A DNA stretch of 64,000 nucleotides from Spirochaetota bacterium (GTDB taxonomy: Bacteria > Spirochaetota > UBA6919 > CBDBPB01). Position numbers and translations under genes: made by a program. The notes beneath the pieces are model-generated. The model did no database searches and was not told where the DNA came from. It was given only the letters and a program-made list of their open reading frames with translations. Positions 39,523-50,056 of this stretch are shown here, piece by piece. The stretch lies in the NCBI GenBank assembly GCA_965208615.1, contig CBDBPB010000004.1:384001-448000 (forward strand), written 5' to 3'. Numbering within the stretch: the first letter of the stretch is position 1; the number at the start of each line of letters is the position of its first letter.

Positions 39523-42234
39523 ATGAAAGTACTTGGTGATAACGGATCTAACAGTTTAATGGGAAAAAACATTATAGATATGGATGAGGAGGAGCATATT
39601 ATTGGGAATAAAAATGGAATAACTATAAATAGGATGTTTAGTAAAGATAATATACATCCATTTGATGAGCTTGAGTGGGAGTTGAGGAGTGCATCCATTA
39701 CCAATGAAAAAGGGGATATTATTTTTGAAGAGAATGGAGTTGAATATCCCAAGTCATGGTCTCAGATGGCTACTAATGTTGTAACTTCAAAGTATTTCAC
39801 TGGGGGACTGAACCGCGAAAAGAGTGTTAAACAAGTTATTAACAGAGTAGCACGGACTATAACTGACTGGGGCTATGCTGATGGATATTTTAATGATAAA
39901 AACTCTTCCGAAGTCTTTTGTTCAGAGCTATGTTATCTTTTGATTAACCAAATGAGTTCATTTAATAGTCCTGTATGGTTCAATTGTGGTGTAGAAGGCA
40001 ATAGTAACCAGTTTTCGGCATGTTTTATCAACTCCATAGAGGATACTATGGAATCTATATTGGGTTTAGTTAAAACTGAGGGTATGCTTTTTAAGTGGGG
40101 TTCTGGCACTGGTACTAATCTATCCCCTTTAAGATCGTCAAAAGAAGGCTTAACTGGAGGGGGTACTGCATCTGGACCAGTATCTTTTATGAAGGGCTAT
40201 GATGCTTTTGCTGGAGTCATAAAATCTGGGGGCAAGACTAGACGAGCCGCTAAAATGGTAGTGTTAAACGTTGATCACCCCGATATTAAGGAATATATAT
40301 ACTGCAAGGCTAATGAGGAAAAAAAAGCATGGACTTTAATTGATTCTGGCTATGACGGCTCTTTTAACGGTGAAGCTTATAGTTCAGTCTTTTTTCAGAA
40401 CTCTAATAATAGCGTTAGGGTTAGTAATGACTTTATGGGCAGTGTTTTATCTAACGATAACTGGGCAACCAAATCAGTTGTGCTGAGGCAGGATGTGGAT
40501 AACTACCCCGCAAGAGAGCTTCTTAATGATATGGCTGAGGCCGCTTATATATGCGGTGATCCTGGCATTCAGTTTGATACTACCATAAACAAATGGCATA
40601 CATGTCCTACTTCTGGGCGGATAGAGGCCAGTAATCCTTGTTCTGAGTATATGTTTTTAAGTGATTCCGCTTGTAATTTATCATCCATAAACGTTCTTAG
40701 GTTTAGGGATAAAGATGGTAACTTTAATATAAGTCAGTTTTTATACGCAGTTAGCGTTATGATCATTGCTCAGGAGATATTAGTGGATCATGCCGATTAT
40801 CCAACGGATAGGATTGCTAAAAACAGCACAGAGTTTAGACCTCTTGGACTTGGTTATGCTAACTTGGGTGCACTTTTAATGGCGAATAGTTTAGCTTATG
40901 ACAGTTCAGAAGGCAGAAGTTATGCATCCTTAATAACTGCATTGATGACTGGTCAAGCGTATAAAATATCTTCCATTATTGCATCCAATAAGGGAAGCTT
41001 TAAGCATTATAATAAAAATAGCAAGTTTATGCTTAATGTTATATCCATGCACAAAAATAGTATAGATAAAATCGAAATTGATAAAAATTGTCAATATCTT
41101 AATTTGCTTAAAAATAGGGCTAAGGAAGTTTGGTCTGAGGCTTATGATCTTGGCAATAAATATGGATACAGAAATGCACAAACTACTGTTTTGGCTCCCA
41201 CTGGGACTATAGCTTTTATGATGGACTGTGATACTACTGGTATTGAGCCTGACATTGCTCTTGTTAAATATAAAAAAATGGTGGGCGGTGGACTCTTAAA
41301 AATAGTTAATCAGACTGTCCCTCTCACACTAAAAAGTTTGGGCTATACCAAAGAAAGTACTAATAGTATTTTACAGTATATTAATGATAATGATACTATT
41401 GAAGGCTGTTCTGATCTAAAAAAAGAGCATTTATCTATATTCGATTGTGCATTTAAGCCGATTAATGGAACTCGATCTATTCATTATATGGGTCATATTA
41501 AGATGATGGAGGCTGTACAACCTTTTCTATCCGGGGCAATATCAAAGACTATTAACATGCCCAATGAGATAACCATTGAAGAGATTTATAATACCTTTAT
41601 TGAAGCGTGGAATAGGGGATTAAAGTCCATTGCTATTTATAGGGATGGCTCAAAGCGTACTCAGCCTTTGACTACCAAAAAAGATGAAAAAGAAATAGTC
41701 AGGGGACTACATAGAAAAAGACTCCCTGATGAGAGAGAGTCTATTACTCATAAGTTTAGTGTTGGCGGACATGAGGGCTATATCACCGTTGGGATGTATG
41801 AAGATGGTAATCCTGGAGAGATATTTGTGGTTATGGCAAAAGAGGGTTCTGTTGTATCCGGCTTAATGGATTCCTTTGCTACTGCAATATCCCTCGCTTT
41901 ACAATATGGCGTACCCTTAGAGGTGCTTATTAGTAAGTTTAGCCACACCCGTTTTGAGCCCTCTGGATGGACGTCTAATAAAAAGATTCCCATTGCAAAG
42001 TCTATTATGGATTATATTTTTAGATGGCTTGCGTTAAAGTTTGCTCCTGACAAAGATGAGGACAGTATAAACATAGAGTTAGAAAACGATAATAAGCTTA
42101 TATCTAAAAAAGAAGAAAGTATATTTGATAATCAGGCTGACGGCATTCCATGTTTTACTTGTGGCTCTATTATGGTTAGGAATGGCACTTGTTATCGCTG
42201 TCTTAATTGCGGTAATACTAGTGGTTGCTCCTAA
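39523..42234 (+). CDS. nrdJ: Vitamin B12-dependent (class II) ribonucleotide reductase with C-terminal TSCPD domain
   Basis: FNSPVWFN, QFSACFI, GSGTGTN, SGGKTRRAAKM, SNPCSEY, ACNLSS, APTGTI, GAISKT, YRDGSK, C-terminal CFTC..CLNCGNTSGCS. No intein seen. Confidence 0.97.
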   Translation: MKVLGDNGSNSLMGKNIIDMDEEEHIIGNKNGITINRMFSKDNIHPFDELEWELRSASITNEKGDIIFEENGVEYPKSWSQMATNVVTSKYFTGGLNREKSVKQVINRVARTITDWGYADGYFNDKNSSEVFCSELCYLLINQMSSFNSPVWFNCGVEGNSNQFSACFINSIEDTMESILGLVKTEGMLFKWGSGTGTNLSPLRSSKEGLTGGGTASGPVSFMKGYDAFAGVIKSGGKTRRAAKMVVLNVDHPDIKEYIYCKANEEKKAWTLIDSGYDGSFNGEAYSSVFFQNSNNSVRVSNDFMGSVLSNDNWATKSVVLRQDVDNYPARELLNDMAEAAYICGDPGIQFDTTINKWHTCPTSGRIEASNPCSEYMFLSDSACNLSSINVLRFRDKDGNFNISQFLYAVSVMIIAQEILVDHADYPTDRIAKNSTEFRPLGLGYANLGALLMANSLAYDSSEGRSYASLITALMTGQAYKISSIIASNKGSFKHYNKNSKFMLNVISMHKNSIDKIEIDKNCQYLNLLKNRAKEVWSEAYDLGNKYGYRNAQTTVLAPTGTIAFMMDCDTTGIEPDIALVKYKKMVGGGLLKIVNQTVPLTLKSLGYTKESTNSILQYINDNDTIEGCSDLKKEHLSIFDCAFKPINGTRSIHYMGHIKMMEAVQPFLSGAISKTINMPNEITIEEIYNTFIEAWNRGLKSIAIYRDGSKRTQPLTTKKDEKEIVRGLHRKRLPDERESITHKFSVGGHEGYITVGMYEDGNPGEIFVVMAKEGSVVSGLMDSFATAISLALQYGVPLEVLISKFSHTRFEPSGWTSNKKIPIAKSIMDYIFRWLALKFAPDKDEDSINIELENDNKLISKKEESIFDNQADGIPCFTCGSIMVRNGTCYRCLNCGNTSGCS

Positions 42235-42244
42235 CTCTTTGAAA

Positions 42245-42273
42245 TAGGTATAAATAAACCTTATTTATACCTA
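42245..42273 (+). terminator. Hairpin after nrdJ, probable terminator
   Basis: Perfect 13-bp inverted repeat taggtataaataa-acc-ttatttataccta, 10 bp after the stop codon. Confidence 0.65.
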
Positions 42274-42567
42274 ACCTTAAGACTGAGACAGTATTATAAA
42301 GTACACTTTTTACTGCCATATTATGTTTTTTCTACTCATTAAAAAACTACTTGTTATGTATAAAGTTAAATATTTCTTGCTATAATTAAAAAAATTACTA
42401 TCTTTACATTACAATAAAATAAAAAATCAGGTAAAGGGAAATTAAAACTTTATAACTTAGCTCATTAATAAATATACCTTATTATAAAGATTATAGGCCA
42501 AGATTTAGGTCTTAATATAATTATTTTACCTTAACCTACCTTTAACTCTACCATTAAGGGTATCTTT

Positions 42568-44193
42568 ATGAAAAAGTCTAAAACTATATTTAATATAATT
42601 ATTTTACTTTTTTTAACAACTCTAATACTACTTGTCTATGATCAGTCTTACCACTCTCTAATACCATTTGCTATTACGGCAATTTTATTGCTTGTATACT
42701 CTTATAACCTAATTACCATTGCACATGAAAATCCAAAAAAACAAATCGATAGTAATAAAAATAAAGAAATGCCTATTATAGTTAAGCAAGATAAACGTAC
42801 TAAAAAACTTATTGCCGGCCTAAGAGATCAGTTTACTGATTTTTTTAATGCTATTTCATCCCGCTCCAATGACTCAAGCAAACTCGTGTACTTTATCGAA
42901 CGTATACGTATTTTAAGTCAACAACAAAATGATAACTCTAGTAAAATTGATAACTCTTTGCTTGAAATCTCTAATATACTACGAGAGGTAGTTGGGTTAA
43001 CAGAAAAATCAAAAAAACAAGTTAATGAAACCTATGATTCTGCTGAAAAGGGCGTAGAAAAAATGGGACAGTCTATGAAGGTTATGACTAACTTCTTTCA
43101 GTCCATGGATGGCGTTAATAAAACTACCAGAAAATTAACCGACTCTACAGAAAAAATATCAGCAATTATAGATATTATTGTAAGCATATCTCAAAAAATT
43201 GAACTATTGTCCTTTAATGCGGCTATAGAGGCCGCTAAGGTAAAAGAACATGGAAGAGGATTTAATGTTGTTGCTCAAGAAATAAGAAAACTCTCTGATA
43301 TGACAAAAAAGTCATCTGATGGAATTGCTAACTTAATTAACTCCATGCAGTTTATGGTATTACAGCTTATCTCCCAGTTAAAAGATAGTACAGGTCAGCT
43401 CGATAAAGGCTGGGATGCCGTTTATAAAACTAAAGAAATATTTGATGAAATACTTAAACATACTAAAAAAAGTAAACTCCAAACAGAGAGCTTGTTTGAG
43501 GCAATTGATAAACAGAGTAACTCTCTCAATAGCATTACTGAGTGTATGTATGACTTAACAAAAAATACTTATGGTATTCATAATAGTATTAAGGAGTCTG
43601 AAGAGTTTGCTGAACAAATATCCGTATCAGGTGAAGAAAGCCTAAGACGCTTGCTATCTTATAGATTAAAAAATAAATCACAAAAAATATTATTCCACTT
43701 AAGAAGACTTAGCAAAAAAATTATAGAGGTCCTTGAAAAAGGCGAAAGGGATAATATAGATATTTGGGATACTAATTATATCCCTATGCCTAATACTAAT
43801 CCAATTAAGTATGTAACAAGCTATATTAACTGGATCGATAAAAGCGAAATACAAAAACTCCAGGATGGCTTTCAACGTGAATTAGATGTTAAGTTTGTAG
43901 TTTTGGTTGATAAAAATGGATATTTACCCAAACATAATTCTAGTTATGATTATGAGATGGTAGGTGACCCTAAAGTAGACCTACTAAATAGTAGAAGTAG
44001 AAGAATATTTAATGACCGTACCGGACTAAGAGCCGGACAAAACAGTAAAGACGTCTTACTGCAAACTTATGTTAGGGATACTGGAGAGGTTATGATGGAT
44101 ATGTCTTTACCAATTTATGTAAGCAACGTTCATTGGGGAGGAATTAGGGTTGGATATCAGCTGGAAAACGGATCTTCTGCTTTTTTATCTTAG
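42568..44193 (+). CDS. Methyl-accepting chemotaxis protein with an extra C-terminal domain
   Basis: Two adjacent N-terminal TM helices; hairpin tip LLSFNAAIEAAKVKEHGRGFNVVAQEIRKLS; about 140-aa tail (DTNYIP..VDKNGYLPKHN..RRIFNDRTG..LLQTYVRDTGEVMMDMSLPIYV..HWGGIRVGY). Confidence 0.92.
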   Translation: MKKSKTIFNIIILLFLTTLILLVYDQSYHSLIPFAITAILLLVYSYNLITIAHENPKKQIDSNKNKEMPIIVKQDKRTKKLIAGLRDQFTDFFNAISSRSNDSSKLVYFIERIRILSQQQNDNSSKIDNSLLEISNILREVVGLTEKSKKQVNETYDSAEKGVEKMGQSMKVMTNFFQSMDGVNKTTRKLTDSTEKISAIIDIIVSISQKIELLSFNAAIEAAKVKEHGRGFNVVAQEIRKLSDMTKKSSDGIANLINSMQFMVLQLISQLKDSTGQLDKGWDAVYKTKEIFDEILKHTKKSKLQTESLFEAIDKQSNSLNSITECMYDLTKNTYGIHNSIKESEEFAEQISVSGEESLRRLLSYRLKNKSQKILFHLRRLSKKIIEVLEKGERDNIDIWDTNYIPMPNTNPIKYVTSYINWIDKSEIQKLQDGFQRELDVKFVVLVDKNGYLPKHNSSYDYEMVGDPKVDLLNSRSRRIFNDRTGLRAGQNSKDVLLQTYVRDTGEVMMDMSLPIYVSNVHWGGIRVGYQLENGSSAFLS

Positions 44194-44209
44194 CTATTTA
44201 TTTGCGGTA

Positions 44210-47200
44210 TTAACTTAGTTCTGTTAATATCTTTTTTAAAAAGTTAACTTTTTTATTTAGATCATAGTCCCCTATTTTTAGATTTAATAGATTAGTATTG
44301 TTAGGGCTAATACTAATAAGTCCATCATAATGGCTCATAAGTAAAATAAGCCTTTCAGGCTTTATTAAAGAATGCTTATTAAATTTAACTATAACTTCAT
44401 TATTCTGCTCTATAATAGAACTAATCTTAAGAGTCTTACCTATAACCTTAACATAAGACAACGTTAAAAGATTATCTATTATTTTTGGACTAGTACCAAA
44501 ACGATCTATAAGCTCAGTTTTTAATGACATGATTTGTTCATTCGAAATAGCCCCAGCCATCTTTTTATAGATTTCAATCTTTTGCTTCTCATCTGGGATA
44601 TAGCTACTTGGAATATATCCAGAATACTTTAAATCAACAAAAACATCGCTCTCATATTGTTTTTCTGAGTCAGAAAGTTCAAGGATTGCCTCATCCAATA
44701 GCTTAGAGTATAATTCAAAGCCTACACTAATAATATTACCGCTTTGAGCAGTACCAAGAATATTACCAGCACCTCTAAATTCCATATCTTTCATAGCAAT
44801 TTTAAATCCACTACCTAGATCGGTATACTCACTAATAACCGCAAGACGTTTTTGAGCAACCTCTGTTAATGCTATGTCAGTGGGATAAAATAAATAACAA
44901 TATGCCTTTCTATTACTCCTACCTACTCGCCCTCTAAGCTGGTATAGCTGGGATAATCCAAGACTATCGGCTCTATCAATTAGAATAGTATTAGCATTGG
45001 GAATATCAATACCCGATTCTATAATAGTGGTGCATATCATAACATCATATTTATTATGAATGAAATCGGTAAATACCTTTTCTAACTCCCCCTCATCCAT
45101 TTGTCCATGGGCAACACATATCTTCGCCTCTATAACCAATTGTTTAACAAACTGTGCAAAGCCCTTTATAGTCTTTACTCTATTGTGAATGAAATATACC
45201 TGTCCATTTCTGTCTAGCTCTCTGTATATGGCATCTTTAATAATATCCTCGTTAAACTCAGTAGTATAGGTGTCTATAGGGAGACGATTCTCAGGGGGAG
45301 TGTTAATAACACTCATATCCCTAATTTTTATAAGGGACATATAAAGAGTCCTCGGTATAGGAGTAGCAGACAGAGAAATAACATCTACCATTGTTCTAAG
45401 CGATTTTAGCCTTTCTTTATGCCTAACACCAAATCTTTGTTCTTCGTCAATAACAACAAGTCCTAAATTCTTAAAATTAATATCCTTGGATAGTAGTCTA
45501 TGAGTACCAATAATAACATCAATTTCAGCATCAGCAATCATTTTTACTATCTTTTTTTGCTCATTATAACTCTTAACCCTTGATAACATTTCGGTTTCAA
45601 TAGGATAAAAGTCAAACCGCTCAGTAAATGTACTGAAGTGTTGTTCGCAAAGAATAGTAGTAGGAGCAAGAACAGCAACTTGTTTACCGTCCATAACAGC
45701 CTTAAATGTAGCTCTAATGGCTATTTCTGTTTTACCATAACCTACATCACCACATATTAAGCGATCAGTAGGGCTTTTAGACTCCATATCTCTTTTTATA
45801 TCCTTTATGGCACTAAGCTGATCAGGAGTCTCTTCGTATTGAAAGCCAGTTTCAAAGTCATGTTGCCAGTTAGTATCTTTAGCAAAAGCATATCCAACAA
45901 GCTTAGATCTGGCGGAATATATATCTACAAGCTCTTTAGCCACCTCTTTAACAGAGTTTTTAACCCTAGATTTTGTCTTCTCCCAAGACTTAGAGCCAAG
46001 TTTATCCAGCGGAGCCTTTTTTCCTTGCATACCAATATATTTTTGAATCATATTAAGCTGTTCTATTGGTATATACAGTTTTTCATTATCGGCATACTCA
46101 AGTACAATGCAGTCCCTTTCTCTATTAGCGGCTTTTATTCTCTCTATTCCGCAATATTTACCAATTCCATGATTTATGTGTACTATAAGGTCTCCTATGG
46201 CCAGCTCATAAAAGCCTTCTATTGGATTAGAGGATATTTTTCTAAGTTTTTTATATATACTTCGTTTTCTACCGAATATCTCTCTATCCATTATGACTAA
46301 GACTTTTTCTTCAGGTATAGAAAAGCCTTCGGTTAGTTCTGCAACGTCTAAATACAATCCACTACCATTAACCTTGCTATCAGTGATAGGGTTAAAGTCA
46401 GCTAAGACAGATTTAAGCCTATGAGCTTGTCCTTCATAAGAAGAAAAAAGAAAAACTTTATATTCATTATTTATTTTTTCACTAAGCTTATCCCTAAAAA
46501 TATTTATATCGCCTATATAACTATCCACTGATGATATAGGCATATTAAAAACATTATTTCCTTTATCAAGTCTTGTTAGCTGGGTGATGTTAACTCTATT
46601 AATAACTCTACTTTCGACTTGTTCATATTTGCTAAAGAGCTCATAAGGCTCTACCCTAACTGTATTGACTTTATGACTCTGGTTATACAAGGTTTTACAT
46701 TCTTTTAATAATGATACACTTTTTTTTCTAATTTCTATATCTTCATTAAAAACAAATATACTTTTTTCGTCAATATAGTCTAATAAAGTATTAGGCTCAT
46801 AAAAAAAAGGGATAAGGTGTTCAATACCCTGAAAGTAATCCTTATTTTCTATTTTACTTATAACATCATTTAGGTTTTTATAGTTTTTAAATCTTGTTTT
46901 GATAGTGCTTAAAGCATTGTCTATATTTTTGTCTGTTAAGATAAGCTCTCTTTGGGGTAGTATTTCGATAAAATCAAGCTTTTTTTTTGTAAGCTGAGTG
47001 ATAGCGTCAAAAGCTCTAATAGACTCAATTTCGTCATCAAACAGCTCTACTCTAATAGGGTCTTCATAGGATGACGGAAAAATATCTAAAATACTCCCTT
47101 TTAAGCTAAAACTACCGGGTTGCTCAACTTTATACTCTTTGGAGTAGCCTAATTCTAACAGAATAGAGGCTATATTGCTATAGTCAATAATGTCTTTTAC

Positions 47201-47659
47201 CTTTAGATTAAGATATTCCTTTTTAAATACCTCTTTTGGTATAATAACCTTCATCAAATTAACAATAGGAGTAACAATAAGGACGGGTTTGGAAGAGAGT
47301 AAATTGTGGAGTACCTCTATTCTATGGTGGACTATATCATAAAATGGGGATATGTTTTCGTATGGAAGGATTTCCCATGGAGGAAAGTAAAATATTCTGT
47401 TATTATCAGAAAAGCTTTTTATGTCTTGATAAAAGTTTTCACCATCTTGAGTTGTTGCAGTAACAACTACAAGACTCTTATTAACCTTGCTGAAGTCAGA
47501 GAACAACTTATAGACAAGTAGAGCTTTAGAACTGCCATAAAGATTTTGAATAGTTAGAGAACATCCATCATTACAGAGGTTTAGCCCAGTTTCTAAAAGT
47601 CTTTTATATTCTTTGGCATTTGAAAAGTATTTTGGAAGTATTTTAGTATAATAGTTCAT
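44210..47659 (-). CDS. mfd: Transcription-repair coupling factor
   Basis: UvrB-like N-terminus, VHINHGIGKY, ETPDQ, RLICGDVGYGKTE, IDEEQRFGV, SATPIPRTL, GLSQLYQLRGRVGRS, TRCF domain. Confidence 0.99.
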   Translation of the reverse strand: MNYYTKILPKYFSNAKEYKRLLETGLNLCNDGCSLTIQNLYGSSKALLVYKLFSDFSKVNKSLVVVTATTQDGENFYQDIKSFSDNNRIFYFPPWEILPYENISPFYDIVHHRIEVLHNLLSSKPVLIVTPIVNLMKVIIPKEVFKKEYLNLKVKDIIDYSNIASILLELGYSKEYKVEQPGSFSLKGSILDIFPSSYEDPIRVELFDDEIESIRAFDAITQLTKKKLDFIEILPQRELILTDKNIDNALSTIKTRFKNYKNLNDVISKIENKDYFQGIEHLIPFFYEPNTLLDYIDEKSIFVFNEDIEIRKKSVSLLKECKTLYNQSHKVNTVRVEPYELFSKYEQVESRVINRVNITQLTRLDKGNNVFNMPISSVDSYIGDINIFRDKLSEKINNEYKVFLFSSYEGQAHRLKSVLADFNPITDSKVNGSGLYLDVAELTEGFSIPEEKVLVIMDREIFGRKRSIYKKLRKISSNPIEGFYELAIGDLIVHINHGIGKYCGIERIKAANRERDCIVLEYADNEKLYIPIEQLNMIQKYIGMQGKKAPLDKLGSKSWEKTKSRVKNSVKEVAKELVDIYSARSKLVGYAFAKDTNWQHDFETGFQYEETPDQLSAIKDIKRDMESKSPTDRLICGDVGYGKTEIAIRATFKAVMDGKQVAVLAPTTILCEQHFSTFTERFDFYPIETEMLSRVKSYNEQKKIVKMIADAEIDVIIGTHRLLSKDINFKNLGLVVIDEEQRFGVRHKERLKSLRTMVDVISLSATPIPRTLYMSLIKIRDMSVINTPPENRLPIDTYTTEFNEDIIKDAIYRELDRNGQVYFIHNRVKTIKGFAQFVKQLVIEAKICVAHGQMDEGELEKVFTDFIHNKYDVMICTTIIESGIDIPNANTILIDRADSLGLSQLYQLRGRVGRSNRKAYCYLFYPTDIALTEVAQKRLAVISEYTDLGSGFKIAMKDMEFRGAGNILGTAQSGNIISVGFELYSKLLDEAILELSDSEKQYESDVFVDLKYSGYIPSSYIPDEKQKIEIYKKMAGAISNEQIMSLKTELIDRFGTSPKIIDNLLTLSYVKVIGKTLKISSIIEQNNEVIVKFNKHSLIKPERLILLMSHYDGLISISPNNTNLLNLKIGDYDLNKKVNFLKKILTELS

Positions 47660-47744
47660 TAATTATATTACTATAAGTTAAGACATACCTTAGAAATGAT
47701 CTCATTGATTTAAATTAAGTATTGTTCAGATAGGGATTATAGTG

Positions 47745-48326
47745 TTAAAACTTAAAGCTGATACCTGACAAAACACTAATTACATATGCATTACTTTCAG
47801 CAAAAATAACATCTATTCGCCCTATTATTGGAATAGAGATAACTTCGGATAGTTTTAAGTCAGAACCTCCTGAAAAAAATATACCAATCTCTTTACTTTT
47901 CATCTCATATGCACTAATCCCTATTTTCTCACCAATATAAAAGTATGGTCCAACACCAGCTTGGATAACAAGACCATCATAAAAATGAAATTCAAGTACT
48001 CCTGAGACATTAACATAACTAATATCAAGGTCTATATCAAACTTAAAATTATATCCGTTATAATTTTGTTTTACCTTAGTAATTTTAGATACCTTTATGT
48101 AAGACGAATCTACACCAATACTAAGCCAACTAAATAACCTAACAAGGCCTTGACCTCCACCTCTATAATTTAATGGATTACCACTTATAACCCTATCATC
48201 CTTACCAACTGTTATACCTACAGCACCATAAAGTCTAACAGTAATGATATTTTCGTTTGCGGACAAGAAACTGGTTAAACCTAAGATAAAAAATAGGGTT
48301 AACAGCAATATATAAAATCTTTTCAT
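47745..48326 (-). CDS. Putative outer-membrane beta-barrel protein
   Basis: Signal peptide ending FLSA; amphipathic beta strands; C-terminal SGISFKF. Confidence 0.72.
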   Translation of the reverse strand: MKRFYILLLTLFFILGLTSFLSANENIITVRLYGAVGITVGKDDRVISGNPLNYRGGGQGLVRLFSWLSIGVDSSYIKVSKITKVKQNYNGYNFKFDIDLDISYVNVSGVLEFHFYDGLVIQAGVGPYFYIGEKIGISAYEMKSKEIGIFFSGGSDLKLSEVISIPIIGRIDVIFAESNAYVISVLSGISFKF

Positions 48327-48724
48327 TATCAGCCTCTTTTTATATATATTAAATAGCTTTATTGTTATAACATTAAAATAAATATAAACACAATAATAAC
48401 ATAATTATTAAGAATAAGTCAATTTTTTATGCTTAATTTGAATATAGATTAAATTACGTTAAAATAAAATATCTTTATACCCATTAAAAAGTATTATTAA
48501 TAATAACCATAAAATTAAAAATTACTAAAAAAAATAAAAAGATATTAACTATTTAGTATAACAATATTATTTTATCTTTAAATAATTTGGTATATTTGTA
48601 ATGACAATTATTAGTGGATTTTTATAAATAACTATTTGTTATTCCGCTGGTTGAGAGTCTTTTAGTAAAAAGAAAATAGTTAAAATAAATAACATAGAAT
48701 TGATTTTTATAATAGGAGTAGTAA

Positions 48725-50005
48725 ATGAAAAACTATCACTTTTACTTAATATTAATTTTATTAGTCCTTGGACACTGTGACAATAAAACAAAAAAGAATA
48801 ATCTTTCTGACCTTAATAAGCTATCTAAAGATAGTATAAAAGTGGATGCCTTAACTAAAAAAGATGATGGAACTTGGACCGCTATTATTGAGGGAAAACT
48901 AATAAGTAAAAATAAATTTGAAGAATTATATAGCTTTTGGCTAAAAATGTCATCTATGACCGGTGGTATTGGTAAGGCTCAACAAGAATTACTCAAAGAT
49001 AATATCAAAAATAAAAAAACAATGCTTGATTTACTAATTAATATTGAGTTAGCCGTTTTAGAGGCTATGAATGGACCTTTTTTTAAAAGTGATAAGGGTA
49101 AATCTTTGATTAAGATATATGGTAAGCAAGCCTTAACCCAATACTATTTGTTGGATAAGTTTTGGCCTAAAGTTAAGGAGCCATCTGATAAAGAACTTAA
49201 AGCTTTCTTTGAAAAGTTTATTAAGCCTAAATCTGCTATAAAAGAAATAAAAACTAAAAATGATAAAAATCAAATAACAGTATATTATCGCCATACCAAA
49301 TTAAATGAGTTAGTTAATAACGAACTATCACGCCTTGTTTTAGAAAGAAAGGTTAGGGATAATAAAAAAGTTTTGTTAGATTATATAAAAGGTAAAATTA
49401 AAAAAGAACTTTATATGAATAATAAAGAAAATAAATATTGGATATTAAAAATAGATGATGAGGCAATTTATTTAAAAGATATATCACCATTTTTAGATTT
49501 ACAGCTTAAGGGTAGTAAGTTTGATAGTGCAAAAGCTAATGAGGCTAATTTAAAAATGTTTTCTAAAGAAATTCTAAACTCATTTAAGATGATGGAGTTA
49601 AATTATCAAAATGCCTTAAAAGAAAAGTATTTTGATAAGCCAGAAGTTAAAAACTTTATAAAGTTTTTTCAAAAAAGAAGTATTGCAGATTTTTTTATAA
49701 AAAAGGAAGTCCTTGAAAGAGTTAAAAAACCAACTGATAAAGATATTGATGAAAAGCTAAGGGATAACTCTATAAAAGAGAAAGCCATTAAGTTATTAGG
49801 TAAAAAAAAGATAGCTATAAATGATAAAAATATTAAGAAATTAGTTAAAGAAATGATTTATGCTGAAAGATTGCAAACTTCTAATAGAGAAATAATAGAT
49901 GAATTAAAGGGTTCTTATAAGGTTAAGATTAGTAAAAAGTATTTTGAGACTGAGTCTGATAAAATACAAGAAAAGATACTGAAAAATAATAAAGATAACA
50001 ATTAG
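48725..50005 (+). CDS. Lipoprotein with two SurA-N-like helical repeats, no PPIase domain
   Basis: Lipobox LGHC. Repeat 1: WTAIIEGKLISKNKFEE..LDLLINIEL..YYL..KVKEPSDKELKAFFE. Repeat 2: WILKIDDEAIYLKD..A..YFDKPEVK..IADFFI..VKKPTDKDI..LKGSYKVKI. Confidence 0.6.
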   Translation: MKNYHFYLILILLVLGHCDNKTKKNNLSDLNKLSKDSIKVDALTKKDDGTWTAIIEGKLISKNKFEELYSFWLKMSSMTGGIGKAQQELLKDNIKNKKTMLDLLINIELAVLEAMNGPFFKSDKGKSLIKIYGKQALTQYYLLDKFWPKVKEPSDKELKAFFEKFIKPKSAIKEIKTKNDKNQITVYYRHTKLNELVNNELSRLVLERKVRDNKKVLLDYIKGKIKKELYMNNKENKYWILKIDDEAIYLKDISPFLDLQLKGSKFDSAKANEANLKMFSKEILNSFKMMELNYQNALKEKYFDKPEVKNFIKFFQKRSIADFFIKKEVLERVKKPTDKDIDEKLRDNSIKEKAIKLLGKKKIAINDKNIKKLVKEMIYAERLQTSNREIIDELKGSYKVKISKKYFETESDKIQEKILKNNKDNN

Positions 50006-50056
50006 TCATACTTATATGTGCTAATCCAAATAAAGTAAGCTGAAGTAAGGAAGTTT

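Noticed and set aside
39523-42234. Intein or intron in nrdJ
   Set aside because: The length (903 aa) fits NrdJ plus TSCPD; no C-x...HN splice motifs or LAGLIDADG insert are visible.
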